In this document: positions 18,305-27,097 of the stretch, piece after piece
How the letters are laid out: each line of letters opens with the position of its first letter
Numbering within the stretch: position 1 is the stretch's first letter
Origin: Thermodesulfovibrionales bacterium
GTDB lineage: Bacteria; Nitrospirota; Thermodesulfovibrionia; Thermodesulfovibrionales; UBA6898
Assembly (NCBI GenBank): GCA_044450345.1
Contig: JBIOIY010000035.1
Location: 1 to 34,165 of the forward strand
Length of the DNA stretch: 34,165 bases
Reading direction: 5' to 3'
Program-made: the position numbers and the translations under genes
The notes under the pieces: model-generated
Seen by the model: the letters and a program-made list of their open reading frames with translations, nothing else
What the model was told of the DNA's origin: nothing
Databases searched by the model: none

Positions 18305-18336
18305 AAAAAAAGAAAGCGGGGCATAGCCCCGCTTTC
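18305..18336 (-). terminator. Rho-independent terminator after groEL
   Basis: GAAAGCGGGGC/GCCCCGCTTTC stem followed by a T-run on the minus strand. Confidence 0.9.
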
Positions 18337-18359
18337 GAGAGATTCACAAGGGAAGTCGA

Positions 18360-19994
18360 TTAATACATTCCGCCCATACCGCCGCCGGGAGGCATTGCAG
18401 GCATTTCAGATTTTTCTTCAGGAAGATCCGCGATCATTACGGAGGTGGTGAGCATAAGAGAAGCAACCGAAGCCGCATTCTGGAGCGCGTACCTCGTCAC
18501 CTTCGTCGGGTCGATGATGCCGGCCTTCAGCATATCGACATACTCTTCAGTCGCGGCATTGAAGCCGTAGTTTGCATCTTTCGAGCTCTTGACCTTATCT
18601 ACGATCACAGACGGCTCCAGTCCGGTGTTGTTTATGATCTGCCGGATCGGCTCTTCGAGCGCCCTCTTTAAGATATCCACGCCTACAGTCTGGTCATGGT
18701 TATCGAGCTTGAGGTTTTTGAGAGCGCCTATGCACCGAAGCAGAGCAACGCCGCCGCCGGGGACAACACCTTCTTCTACTGCCGCCCTTGTCGCGTGGAG
18801 CGCGTCTTCTACCCTTGCCTTCTTCTCTTTCATCTCTGTCTCTGTTGCAGCGCCGACGTTGATGACCGCTACGCCGCCGACTATCTTGGCAAGGCGCTCC
18901 TGGAGTTTTTCCCTGTCATAGTCGGATGTGGTCTCGTCGATCTGGGCCTTGATCTGCTTTACCCTGCCCTGGATCTTCGCATGGTCTCCCGCACCTTCGA
19001 CGATCGTGGTGTTCTCCTTGTCTATTGTTATCTTCTTCGCCCTTCCGAGGTCGCTGATCTTTACACTCTCGAGCTTGATGCCGAGGTCCTCTGATATTAC
19101 GGTGCCGCCGGTGAGGATTGCGATATCTTCAAGCATCGCCTTGCGTCTGTCGCCGAACCCCGGCGCCTTGACTGCGCATACCTGGATCGTACCCCTCAGC
19201 TTGTTGACGACGAGCGTCGCAAGGGCCTCTCCTTCGACTTCCTCGGAGATGATCATGAGAGGTTTGCCCATCTTCGCTGTCTGCTCGAGGACCGGGAGGA
19301 GGTCCTTCATCGCGGAGATCTTCTTTTCGTTCAGGAGAATGAAGACATCTTCGAGATTGCATTCCATCCTGTCGGGGTCTGTAATGAAGTAGGGCGATAT
19401 ATATCCCCTGTCAAACTGCATCCCTTCTACGACTTCGAGGGCCGTCACCATGCTCTTTGCCTCTTCGACGGTGATGACGCCGTCCTTACCGACCTTGTCC
19501 ATCGCATCAGCAATCAACTCACCGATCGCCGGATCATTATTTGCGGAGATAGTGCCGACCTGGGCGATCTCTTTTTTGTCCTGTACGGGCTTGCTGATTT
19601 TTTTGAGTTCTGCAACAACCGCGTCAACCGCTTTCTCGATGCCTCTTTTAATGTCCATAGGGTTTGAACCGGCTACGACGTGTTTGATCCCGCCGCTGTA
19701 AATCGCATGGGCCAGGACGGTCGCCGTTGTCGTACCGTCGCCCGCGACATCCGAAGTCTTGCTCGCTACTTCCCTCACGAGCTGTGCGCCCATATTTTCA
19801 TAAGGGTCTTTCAGCTCGATCTCTTTTGCAACGGTGACGCCGTCCTTCGTAATGGTCGGAGCGCCGTATTTCTTGTCGATGATGACGTTTTTGCCCTTCG
19901 GGCCGAGGGTGGCCTTGACCGCATTGGTGAGCATCGTGATGCCCCTTAATATAGTGGTCCTTACCTCCTCATCAAATAGAAGCTGTTTTGCCAT
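18360..19994 (-). CDS. groL: Chaperonin GroEL
   Basis: [41 protein letters not shown] tail. Confidence 0.99.
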   Translation of the reverse strand: MAKQLLFDEEVRTTILRGITMLTNAVKATLGPKGKNVIIDKKYGAPTITKDGVTVAKEIELKDPYENMGAQLVREVASKTSDVAGDGTTTATVLAHAIYSGGIKHVVAGSNPMDIKRGIEKAVDAVVAELKKISKPVQDKKEIAQVGTISANNDPAIGELIADAMDKVGKDGVITVEEAKSMVTALEVVEGMQFDRGYISPYFITDPDRMECNLEDVFILLNEKKISAMKDLLPVLEQTAKMGKPLMIISEEVEGEALATLVVNKLRGTIQVCAVKAPGFGDRRKAMLEDIAILTGGTVISEDLGIKLESVKISDLGRAKKITIDKENTTIVEGAGDHAKIQGRVKQIKAQIDETTSDYDREKLQERLAKIVGGVAVINVGAATETEMKEKKARVEDALHATRAAVEEGVVPGGGVALLRCIGALKNLKLDNHDQTVGVDILKRALEEPIRQIINNTGLEPSVIVDKVKSSKDANYGFNAATEEYVDMLKAGIIDPTKVTRYALQNAASVASLMLTTSVMIADLPEEKSEMPAMPPGGGMGGMY

Positions 19995-20044
19995 GATGTT
20001 TTTCCTCCTGAATTATAGTGAATGATTATGTTACTAATGTAATC

Positions 20045-20308
20045 TTATCCTTCGACGATGCCGAGAATGTCTTCTTCTTTGATGATCAGATATTCGTTGT
20101 TGTCGATATTTACCTTCGAACCGGAATATTTGTCAAAGAGGATGGTATTTCCTACCTTTACCTCTTTCACCTCCGAACCTACCGCTTCGACCAGGCCCTT
20201 CTGTGGTTTTTCCTTTGCCGAATCCGGGATATAAAGCCCGCCTGGCGTCTTTTCACCCTCTTCCGTGTACTTTACGAATACCCTATCTTTGAGTGGCTTG
20301 AATTTCAT
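20045..20308 (-). CDS. groS: Co-chaperonin GroES (short form)
   Basis: MKFKPLKDRV, GGLYIPDSAKEKP, EEDILG; AAAGGAG RBS. Confidence 0.97.
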   Translation of the reverse strand: MKFKPLKDRVFVKYTEEGEKTPGGLYIPDSAKEKPQKGLVEAVGSEVKEVKVGNTILFDKYSGSKVNIDNNEYLIIKEEDILGIVEG

Positions 20309-20348
20309 AGACTCTTCTCCTTTCTTATAAGTTCTTATTTTGGGATTG

Positions 20349-20375
20349 TTAGCACTCAATGCGAGTGAGTGCTAA
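20349..20375. promoter_or_regulatory. CIRCE element (HrcA operator)
   Basis: Perfect TTAGCACTC-N9-GAGTGCTAA upstream of groES. Confidence 0.97.
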
Positions 20376-20483
20376 TATACTAAATAACAGAAGGTTTAGG
20401 CAAGGTCTTTTTTTGGGACAATAATTTCTGAAAGCTACTTCTTGTTCAAAAAAGTTCTAATTTTCTTTGATTTCTCGATAAAA

Positions 20484-21365
20484 TCATGAAAGCGCTTTTT
20501 TTCTTGTCGAGATAAAATTCTCTACGGCCTCCTTGTAAAAGTCCCCTAGAAGCCTTATTTCCGGAAGAATCCTTTGATCATATAATTTCTTGCCTTCTTT
20601 CAGATCCGGAGCAAAGACGGCATAGAAGTTATCGTTTCGGACGGACTCATCAAGCTTGGCCGAGTTATATAAATAGATATCGTTTATTATCGTCCTTGCA
20701 AGCCGTTTGGCCTTTTCAATTTTTTCGTCTGTGGCCCCTGAAACCGGCGCAGGTGCCTTTGCAGGTGCTTCTGTCTTCGTCTCAGGTGCCTTGACCAAGG
20801 GACGGTCAGCATCTGATTGTGGCGGTTTTTCGGCCTTTTCCTCCCCCGGAAGTCCGTGGAGCTTTTCTATCTTATCGATCAGCTGCGTAGAAAGATCGTG
20901 GTCCTCGATGTAATCATCCGCGCCGTAAAAGGAGACGGGTTCCCTTCTGTACCTGTTTTTGTCATAAATTGAAGGGACCAATATGAATTTCATTTCTTTT
21001 GTCTCTGCTCTCATCTTTAATCTTTTGCAGATCTCGAAACCGTATATCTTCGGGAGCGCGACTTCTACGATAATGAGGAATGGATATTCCTTCAGGGCTT
21101 TGACCATAACATCGATGCCGTCGGCAGCCGTCACGACGTTGTATCCGTGACCGCTCAGGATAGAGACTATTATTCCGAGAGTTTCAGGGTTTGAATGGGC
21201 GGCGAGTATTTTTCTGCTGTCAAGGGTCTTCTTACCCTGAGCCGCAGGCTTTTTTACCACCAGCACTGCGCTGCACTTGGGACATTTGAACTTCGATCCC
21301 TCTGCTGGGAGTTTTGATTCATCCACCTTAAGCCGTATCTTGCATTTAGGGCATATAACTACCAC
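20484..21365 (-). CDS. Zinc-ribbon (MJ0042-type) plus atypical receiver plus C-terminal helical domain protein
   Basis: GTG start after AAGGAGG. CPKC...CPKC; receiver fold with degenerate active-site residues; Pro/Ala linker; AKRLARTIINDIYLYN domain. Confidence 0.8.
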   Translation of the reverse strand: MVVICPKCKIRLKVDESKLPAEGSKFKCPKCSAVLVVKKPAAQGKKTLDSRKILAAHSNPETLGIIVSILSGHGYNVVTAADGIDVMVKALKEYPFLIIVEVALPKIYGFEICKRLKMRAETKEMKFILVPSIYDKNRYRREPVSFYGADDYIEDHDLSTQLIDKIEKLHGLPGEEKAEKPPQSDADRPLVKAPETKTEAPAKAPAPVSGATDEKIEKAKRLARTIINDIYLYNSAKLDESVRNDNFYAVFAPDLKEGKKLYDQRILPEIRLLGDFYKEAVENFISTRKKALS

Positions 21366-22030
21366 GTCTGGTTCCTCCTTGGCAGCCACAGTTTGATCGT
21401 AAGAAGGCCTGCGAGAAAGCCGCCCACATGGGCGAACCAGGCGGTACCCCCCTGATGCAGAATTCCCTGCGTGATCAAGCCGCTCACGAACTGTATAATA
21501 GCCCAAAATCCTATAACTATCAAGGCTGGAATCCTTATGACCTGGATGAAGAAGCCGAAGAAAACTATCGTATGGACTCTGGCGGCAGGAAAAAGAAGCA
21601 CATAAGCCCCGAGAATGCCGGCTATAGCCCCGCTTGCTCCTATCATAGGCATCTCGGAATTCGGGGATGACAGTGCATGGGCATAGGCCGCGAATATACC
21701 GCAGAAGAGATAGAAAAAAATGAACCTCAGATGTCCGAGCCTGTCTTCGATATTGTTGCCGAAAATCCAGAAATAGAGCATGTTCCCGCCTATATGCAGT
21801 AATCCGCCGTGCATAAACATCGAGGTAAACAGGGTGAGGACTGCGGGGATTGGCTGGTCTGAGTGGAAGCTCAGGATGTCCTTAGGTATCGCGCCGTAGG
21901 CGTACACCAAATATTGGGTGTCTCTCGGCGACAGGAGTTCGAGAATAAAAAAAGATATGTTTAGGGCGATAATGATAATGGTAGCGAACGGAATAGACGC
22001 TGAGGGATTGTCGTCCTTAAAGGGGATCAA
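21359..22030 (-). CDS. Rhomboid family intramembrane serine protease
   Basis: MIPFKDDNP, SMFMHGGLLHIGGNM, GASGA catalytic Ser, AWFAHVGG catalytic His. Confidence 0.95.
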   Translation of the reverse strand: MIPFKDDNPSASIPFATIIIIALNISFFILELLSPRDTQYLVYAYGAIPKDILSFHSDQPIPAVLTLFTSMFMHGGLLHIGGNMLYFWIFGNNIEDRLGHLRFIFFYLFCGIFAAYAHALSSPNSEMPMIGASGAIAGILGAYVLLFPAARVHTIVFFGFFIQVIRIPALIVIGFWAIIQFVSGLITQGILHQGGTAWFAHVGGFLAGLLTIKLWLPRRNQTW

Positions 22031-22098
22031 AGCCGTTCCTTATGGGGTATGTTCTTTCTCAATGTGTGGGCGTCGGTCGTAAAGTAATAGCTAATATT

Positions 22099-22656
22099 TT
22101 ACACGACTTTATTCTTTATATCAGTTAAGGATGTGTTCAAAGAGTGCCGAAGAACAGAAATCACCTCCGGTGCGTTAATGGGAATATCTTCCAGCTCGGC
22201 CCTGATATCCCGAGTATCGAACGAAAATGGACGGTCACCCTTATCATAGTCATAGATAAACGCGAAATCTATGTCCGGGTTGCCGGCGATCAAGACGACG
22301 AGTGTCTCTGCGATATCACCCAGGGGTTTCATGTCTATGTGCGTCGGCCTGAACAGTGCCCGGACCATGGTGCCGGCCCCTGCCGTTGACTTTATGGAGA
22401 TATCGCCGCCGGTTTCCCTTGCCGCCTGGGCGAGCAGGGAAAGCCCGAGGCCGACGCTCCTTGTAGTGCGCGAGGTAAAGAAAGGATCGAGCGCTTTGTC
22501 CACCAGATCCTCCGGCATACCTTTCCCGTTGTCCTCTATCTCGACGACGAAACTGTTTTCATCCCTGCGATCGAGCAACCTTATTCCTATAAGTGTAGCG
22601 CCTGCGGCGACCGAGTTTTCGGCTATGTCCAGTATGTGAAGGGATATGTCTTCCAT
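22099..22656 (-). CDS. Stand-alone HATPase_c (GHKL) ATP-binding protein of the hydrogenase-cluster-associated type
   Basis: LHILDIAENS, EDNGKGM, DPFFTSR, GLGLSL, HIDMKPLGD. No sensor or HisKA domain. Confidence 0.88.
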   Translation of the reverse strand: MEDISLHILDIAENSVAAGATLIGIRLLDRRDENSFVVEIEDNGKGMPEDLVDKALDPFFTSRTTRSVGLGLSLLAQAARETGGDISIKSTAGAGTMVRALFRPTHIDMKPLGDIAETLVVLIAGNPDIDFAFIYDYDKGDRPFSFDTRDIRAELEDIPINAPEVISVLRHSLNTSLTDIKNKVV

Positions 22657-22662
22657 GTCAGG

Positions 22663-23403
22663 TCAGAAGATGACCCTTCTGCCGCCGGCTCCCTTGAGTG
22701 CCAGACACAGTTCTTCGAAAGTCGAGTGATGCATGAAGAGGCTGGTGGTCCTCTTCCCGATGTCCTCCAGTCTGTGCGCGTCCGATGAGGAGATCCAGGG
22801 GAGATAGCGGTAGGACGCAAATTTTTTTTTCGCCTCATCGGAATTTATCCTGCGCGATATTTCAAGAGCATCGAACCTAAGTTCCTCCGGGATGAACCCG
22901 AGCCGGCCTATGATGCCGTATCCGTCACGGTCGATATGGCTTGCGACGGCGAGGCCGTTAACGCTGTGTATAAGATCGACCACCTTGTCCACCGAAAGGT
23001 TTGTCGCCCCTATCAGCAGCCTTTTGTTGAAGCCGAGGACCTCATCGACCTCGTTTACCATGACCTGCATGCCGAAGGTGTCCTCATCGTTTGCCCCGGG
23101 CTGCAGGTTTTCATAAATGAACTCCTGCATTTTAAATACGTTCTCAATATCCCCGAAAAGGCCCAGGACATGGACCTCCTCTGAGGTGTTTATCTCCATC
23201 CCCGGAATGACGAGTATGCCCTTTTTCAGTGCGAGGTCTCTTGTGACGGAAACGTTTTCAGCGGAATTGTGGTCGCATACGGCGATGATGTTTATCCCGA
23301 GTGAAGCGGCTTTTCCCACAATGCCCCGCGGTGTCATCGACAGTTCTGCACAGGGGGAAAGGCAGGTATGGATGTGCAGATCTGCGATGAATTCTACCGG
23401 CAT
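22663..23403 (-). CDS. PHP-domain phosphoesterase
   Basis: ADLHIHTCLSPC, CDHNS, PGMEI..EEVH, SHIDR, SSDAH. Confidence 0.9.
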   Translation of the reverse strand: MPVEFIADLHIHTCLSPCAELSMTPRGIVGKAASLGINIIAVCDHNSAENVSVTRDLALKKGILVIPGMEINTSEEVHVLGLFGDIENVFKMQEFIYENLQPGANDEDTFGMQVMVNEVDEVLGFNKRLLIGATNLSVDKVVDLIHSVNGLAVASHIDRDGYGIIGRLGFIPEELRFDALEISRRINSDEAKKKFASYRYLPWISSSDAHRLEDIGKRTTSLFMHHSTFEELCLALKGAGGRRVIF

Positions 23404-23735
23404 CTCAGGCCGAGGGTATAGAGCCTTCCTACGAGTTCAAAGGCTGAAAGAGAACTCGTCATTATCGGAATATTTTCCATCGACGCCTTCTTCAGCGTAT
23501 CGTCGGCCGGCACCCTGTTGTTGACGAGTATGATGCCGGAGATGCCTTTGAGCGATGCCACGGCGACGATGTTGAGATGGGACTGAAAGGTCACCCAGAC
23601 AGACCCCGCATTTGCGTTTGCGATGACATCCGACAGCATGTCACTCACATAGCCGCTCGTCACCTCCCGCGTCAGATCTGCTCCCGGCGTCTTTACTTCC
23701 AGCGACAGTTTTTCTATAAGGTCACAGAGTTTCAT
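23394..23735 (-). CDS. DRTGG/HPr-kinase-N-like small protein
   Basis: Start MKLCDL; GYVSDMLSDVIA, VWVTFQSHLNIVAVA, IPIM...AFELVGRLY. Confidence 0.85.
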   Translation of the reverse strand: MKLCDLIEKLSLEVKTPGADLTREVTSGYVSDMLSDVIANANAGSVWVTFQSHLNIVAVASLKGISGIILVNNRVPADDTLKKASMENIPIMTSSLSAFELVGRLYTLGLRCR

Positions 23736-23802
23736 AATACCCTCACGGTTATTATAGTCCCATTTGGCAATCGCACGTAATGGGCGAAGGTACACCCCGT
23801 CA

Positions 23803-24252
23803 CTAGCAGGATGTCTGCGGCGAAGGTCCCTCCAGATAAATCACAAACTCGAGGGTAGTCCCCTCGCCTACTACAGAAGTTAACGTCAGTTTGTCCGCGT
23901 TCCTCTTGATGTTCGGCAGTCCCATGCCCGAACCGAACCCCATCTCCCTTATATAGTCAGGCGCAGTGGAGTATCCTTCTTTCATAGCGAGGTCGATATC
24001 GGGGATGCCGGGGCCCATGTCCTGCAAAATAACCTTTACCGCCTCGGGCGTGACCGAATAGTGCATCATCCCGGCGACGGCGTAGATAATGGCGTTCATT
24101 TCAGCCTCAAAGGCCGCAATGGACGCCCTTCGTATTATCTCGTGCGATATCCCCAAATTTTCAAGGATCCCTTTTAAGTTGCTGGAAGCCGACCCGGCAT
24201 TCGTGAAATCCTTACCGGTCAGAAAAAAGACCCCGTCAGCGTTCTTGGTCAT
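23803..24252 (-). CDS. RsbT/anti-sigma-type serine kinase (HATPase_c_2)
   Basis: DF..AG.AS, IAAFEAEMN, DMGPGIPDI, EGYSTA, GFGSGMGLPNI. Confidence 0.88.
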   Translation of the reverse strand: MTKNADGVFFLTGKDFTNAGSASSNLKGILENLGISHEIIRRASIAAFEAEMNAIIYAVAGMMHYSVTPEAVKVILQDMGPGIPDIDLAMKEGYSTAPDYIREMGFGSGMGLPNIKRNADKLTLTSVVGEGTTLEFVIYLEGPSPQTSC

Positions 24253-24604
24253 GACACTCACCTGACCGGCTTCTCAGTCCCTTCTCGTAAAGCCTGCCAC
24301 AGACGTCGAACATCGACAAACTCGTGACGAGGAGAGGTATATTCTTGCTCTCTGCCATCGCGATAGTCTCTACGTCGGGCCTCTTGCCCTGGATGAACAC
24401 TATAGCCTTGAGGTCGGCCACGTCTGCCGTCCTTATGACCTGCGCATTCGTCAGCCCTGTTATAAGAAGTGCGTGGGTAACGGAAAAGGCGAGCACATCG
24501 CTCATGAGGTCTGCGCAATATGCACGCCTTATGTCCCTCTTCATGTCCGCTCTTTTTGTGAGAACCAGCGCTTCGACAATGCCCGTGATTTCTCCTAAAG
24601 TCAT
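24236..24604 (-). CDS. DRTGG-domain small protein
   Basis: ADLMSDVLAF, LLITGLTNAQVIRTA, GKRP, MFDVCGRLYEKGL. Confidence 0.88.
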   Translation of the reverse strand: MTLGEITGIVEALVLTKRADMKRDIRRAYCADLMSDVLAFSVTHALLITGLTNAQVIRTADVADLKAIVFIQGKRPDVETIAMAESKNIPLLVTSLSMFDVCGRLYEKGLRSRSGECHDQER

Positions 24605-24628
24605 AGTATTCTCATTTGCCCGCGAACG

Positions 24629-27097
24629 TCAGCCCTTTACCGCCTCAATTTTTACCGCATCTCTGAATGGAGTCCCGTTTTCAGGAGGATAGGTGAGGGC
24701 ATTGACCCTGCCGTGCGGGAAATGCAGTGACGTAAAGATGGCCCCTGAAGGGACCGCATCCGTGATTTTTGCCTTGAGATACACCGCCCCGCGTCTTGAA
24801 GATACCTTCACATGGCTGTTGTCCGTCACGCCGTATTTCCCGGCCTCTTCTTCGTTGATCTCAAGGAATGCCTCGGACACAACAAGGTCGAGGGCCTTTG
24901 ACCGCGTCGACATCGTACCGGAATGCTGGAGCACGTCTCTGGTGACGAGTTGCAGCGGATATTCCGCATCCGTCTCCTCTCCGGGGGTATAAGACACCGG
25001 CTGGAAAACCCTTCTGTCGGACAGCGCGGCAGGCTCCTGAATAGTATTTCTTATCTCGGCCGACACGTCGTCAATAGTCCTGAACACTATCTCTTTGCCC
25101 ATCGAGAGGGAGAGGTTCCTGAGTATCTGCCAGTCAGGCATGGACTGTCCGGTCGGAGCGACTATTCTCTGTAATTTCTGTGTCACCCCCTCGGCGTTGA
25201 TGAAAGTACCTTCCTTTTCGGCCCAGCTTGACGCCGGAAGCACGACATGGGCGAACTTCGCCGTCTCAGTCATCGCAATGTCTTGAACTATGACAAGTTC
25301 AAGCGACTTCAGGGTGCCTATTATCTTAGAACTGTTGGGGAATGCAGAGACAGGGTCTTCGCCCATTATGTAGAGGGCGTGAAGGGACCCGGGCTCATAA
25401 AGCATATCGAACACGTTTTTACCCGCAGCAGTCCCCGCGTCCGGTCTCACTCCCATTTTGTAGAGACCGAAGGTATTCGCATATTCTGCGGGTATCTGGA
25501 GCGCATCCGTCTCTTCTCCGAGGAGGGTGATAAGGTTGGCGGCCGCAAGGACCATATCGGCACCTTTTGTGTTTTCCGGCAGGCCGACGGTGAAAGAGAT
25601 CATCCTGCTTTTTGCCGCAGCGAGCCTCTCGGCCGTCGATGTCAGTTCTTCCTGAGAGATCCCGGTGAGCTTCGCCACTTTTTCCGGCGTGTAATCTGCA
25701 AGCGTCTTTTCGAATTCTGAGAAACCCGGTATCTTCGAGACTATCGCCTTGTTGAATAGTTCCCTGTCTATGATGACCTTCATCAGGCCGTTGAGCAGGG
25801 CGACCGAGGTCCCCTGCCTCATCCTCAGATGAGAGGAACTGTGTCTCGTCAGTTTCGTTTCCCTGCTATCGGCTACGATAAGATGGGACCCCTCCCTTTT
25901 TGCCTGCAGGATGTTCAGGCCGTAAACCGGATGGGTGACGCTGATATCGGACTCGATTATGAAAATTACCTCTTTGCCGAGCGGGGCCTTCATGCTGATC
26001 GGATGCGCCTTCAAACCGAAGGCCTTATCGAGCACTGCCTGGACCTTTGCATATCCGAATGCAGGTGAGGAGTCCATGTTGCTTGAGCCCGCTACGCTAG
26101 ACATGAATTTCCTGAGCATATAGTTGTCTTCGTTGGTGCACCGGTGGGAGCCGAGCGCCCCGACGGAATTGCCGCCGTATGTTTTGATGATATGGGACAG
26201 GTTTTCGCTTATATAATTCAGCGCTTCATCCCAGGTCACAGGAACGAGCACTCCCTCTCTGCGGACCATCGGCGTCTTTAGCCGGTTTTCGCTGTAGACG
26301 TAATCGAAGCCGAACCTGCCCCTGCCGCAGAGGTTGCCTTCGCTGCGTCCGTTGTCTTCCTTCGCCCTTGACCTGAGGATCTTCCCTTCCCGCATGCCCA
26401 GTGTCAGTGTGCAGCCGCAGCCGCAGAAGGGACATATCGTGTCCTTTTCCTCGAGGAACCAGGCGCGTGCCTGGAACTTGACGGGTTTGGAAAGAAGAGC
26501 CCCGGTAGGACAGATGTCTATGCACTGGCCGCAGTAATCGCATTCGAGGATCTCGCCGAAGGCCGGCTTAACCACCGTTGAAAACCCTCTTCCGATGAGA
26601 CCCAGCGCGCCCCGCCCCTGGTGCTCCGCGCAGATCCTAACGCACTTGCCGCAGAGTATACACCTGTTTGCGGTCAGCTCAACAAGAGGGCCTCTTACGT
26701 CGGGAGGGGCGGCCTTTCGGTGGCGTATGAAACGGCCTTCGGGCTTGCCGTATTCGTAGGCCACGTCCTGAAGGTCGCATTCCCCGGCTTTGTCGCAGAT
26801 GGGACAGTCGAGCGGGTGATGGATAAGGAGAAGCTCTAGCACGGTCTGACGGGCCTTCCTCAGTTTCGGGGTATCGGTCTTTATCGCCATGCCCGGCGCC
26901 ACGGGCGTCGAGCACGCGGCAAACAGCCTGGGCTGCCCCTCTGCTTCGACAACACACAGCCTGCAGCCCCCGTAAGGCCTGAGCCTCTTGTCGTAACACA
27001 TATTGGGGATCCTGATGCCGTTCTGCAGCGCGGCCTTGAGGATCGTAGTGCCGTCTTCTACCGATATTTTTTTATCGTTTATCGTCAGCTCTATCAT
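24629..27097 (-). CDS. NuoG/FdhA/SfrA-like Fe-S subunit with a molybdopterin-oxidoreductase fold, apparently without a Mo ligand
   Basis: [2Fe-2S] (C...GGCRLC...AC), HPLDCPICDKAGEC, CILCGKC/CDYCGQC, CPFCGCGC...LC. The Fdh active-site segment is replaced by NMDSSPAFGY. Confidence 0.88.
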   Translation of the reverse strand: MIELTINDKKISVEDGTTILKAALQNGIRIPNMCYDKRLRPYGGCRLCVVEAEGQPRLFAACSTPVAPGMAIKTDTPKLRKARQTVLELLLIHHPLDCPICDKAGECDLQDVAYEYGKPEGRFIRHRKAAPPDVRGPLVELTANRCILCGKCVRICAEHQGRGALGLIGRGFSTVVKPAFGEILECDYCGQCIDICPTGALLSKPVKFQARAWFLEEKDTICPFCGCGCTLTLGMREGKILRSRAKEDNGRSEGNLCGRGRFGFDYVYSENRLKTPMVRREGVLVPVTWDEALNYISENLSHIIKTYGGNSVGALGSHRCTNEDNYMLRKFMSSVAGSSNMDSSPAFGYAKVQAVLDKAFGLKAHPISMKAPLGKEVIFIIESDISVTHPVYGLNILQAKREGSHLIVADSRETKLTRHSSSHLRMRQGTSVALLNGLMKVIIDRELFNKAIVSKIPGFSEFEKTLADYTPEKVAKLTGISQEELTSTAERLAAAKSRMISFTVGLPENTKGADMVLAAANLITLLGEETDALQIPAEYANTFGLYKMGVRPDAGTAAGKNVFDMLYEPGSLHALYIMGEDPVSAFPNSSKIIGTLKSLELVIVQDIAMTETAKFAHVVLPASSWAEKEGTFINAEGVTQKLQRIVAPTGQSMPDWQILRNLSLSMGKEIVFRTIDDVSAEIRNTIQEPAALSDRRVFQPVSYTPGEETDAEYPLQLVTRDVLQHSGTMSTRSKALDLVVSEAFLEINEEEAGKYGVTDNSHVKVSSRRGAVYLKAKITDAVPSGAIFTSLHFPHGRVNALTYPPENGTPFRDAVKIEAVKG

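Noticed and set aside
18360..20375. CIRCE-groES-groEL as a novelty
   Set aside because: Textbook HrcA-regulated arrangement.
24629..27097. Formate dehydrogenase alpha subunit, selenoprotein, or [FeFe]-hydrogenase HydA
   Set aside because: No Cys/Sec-His Mo ligand segment, no catalytic Arg motif, no in-frame TGA and no H-cluster motifs.
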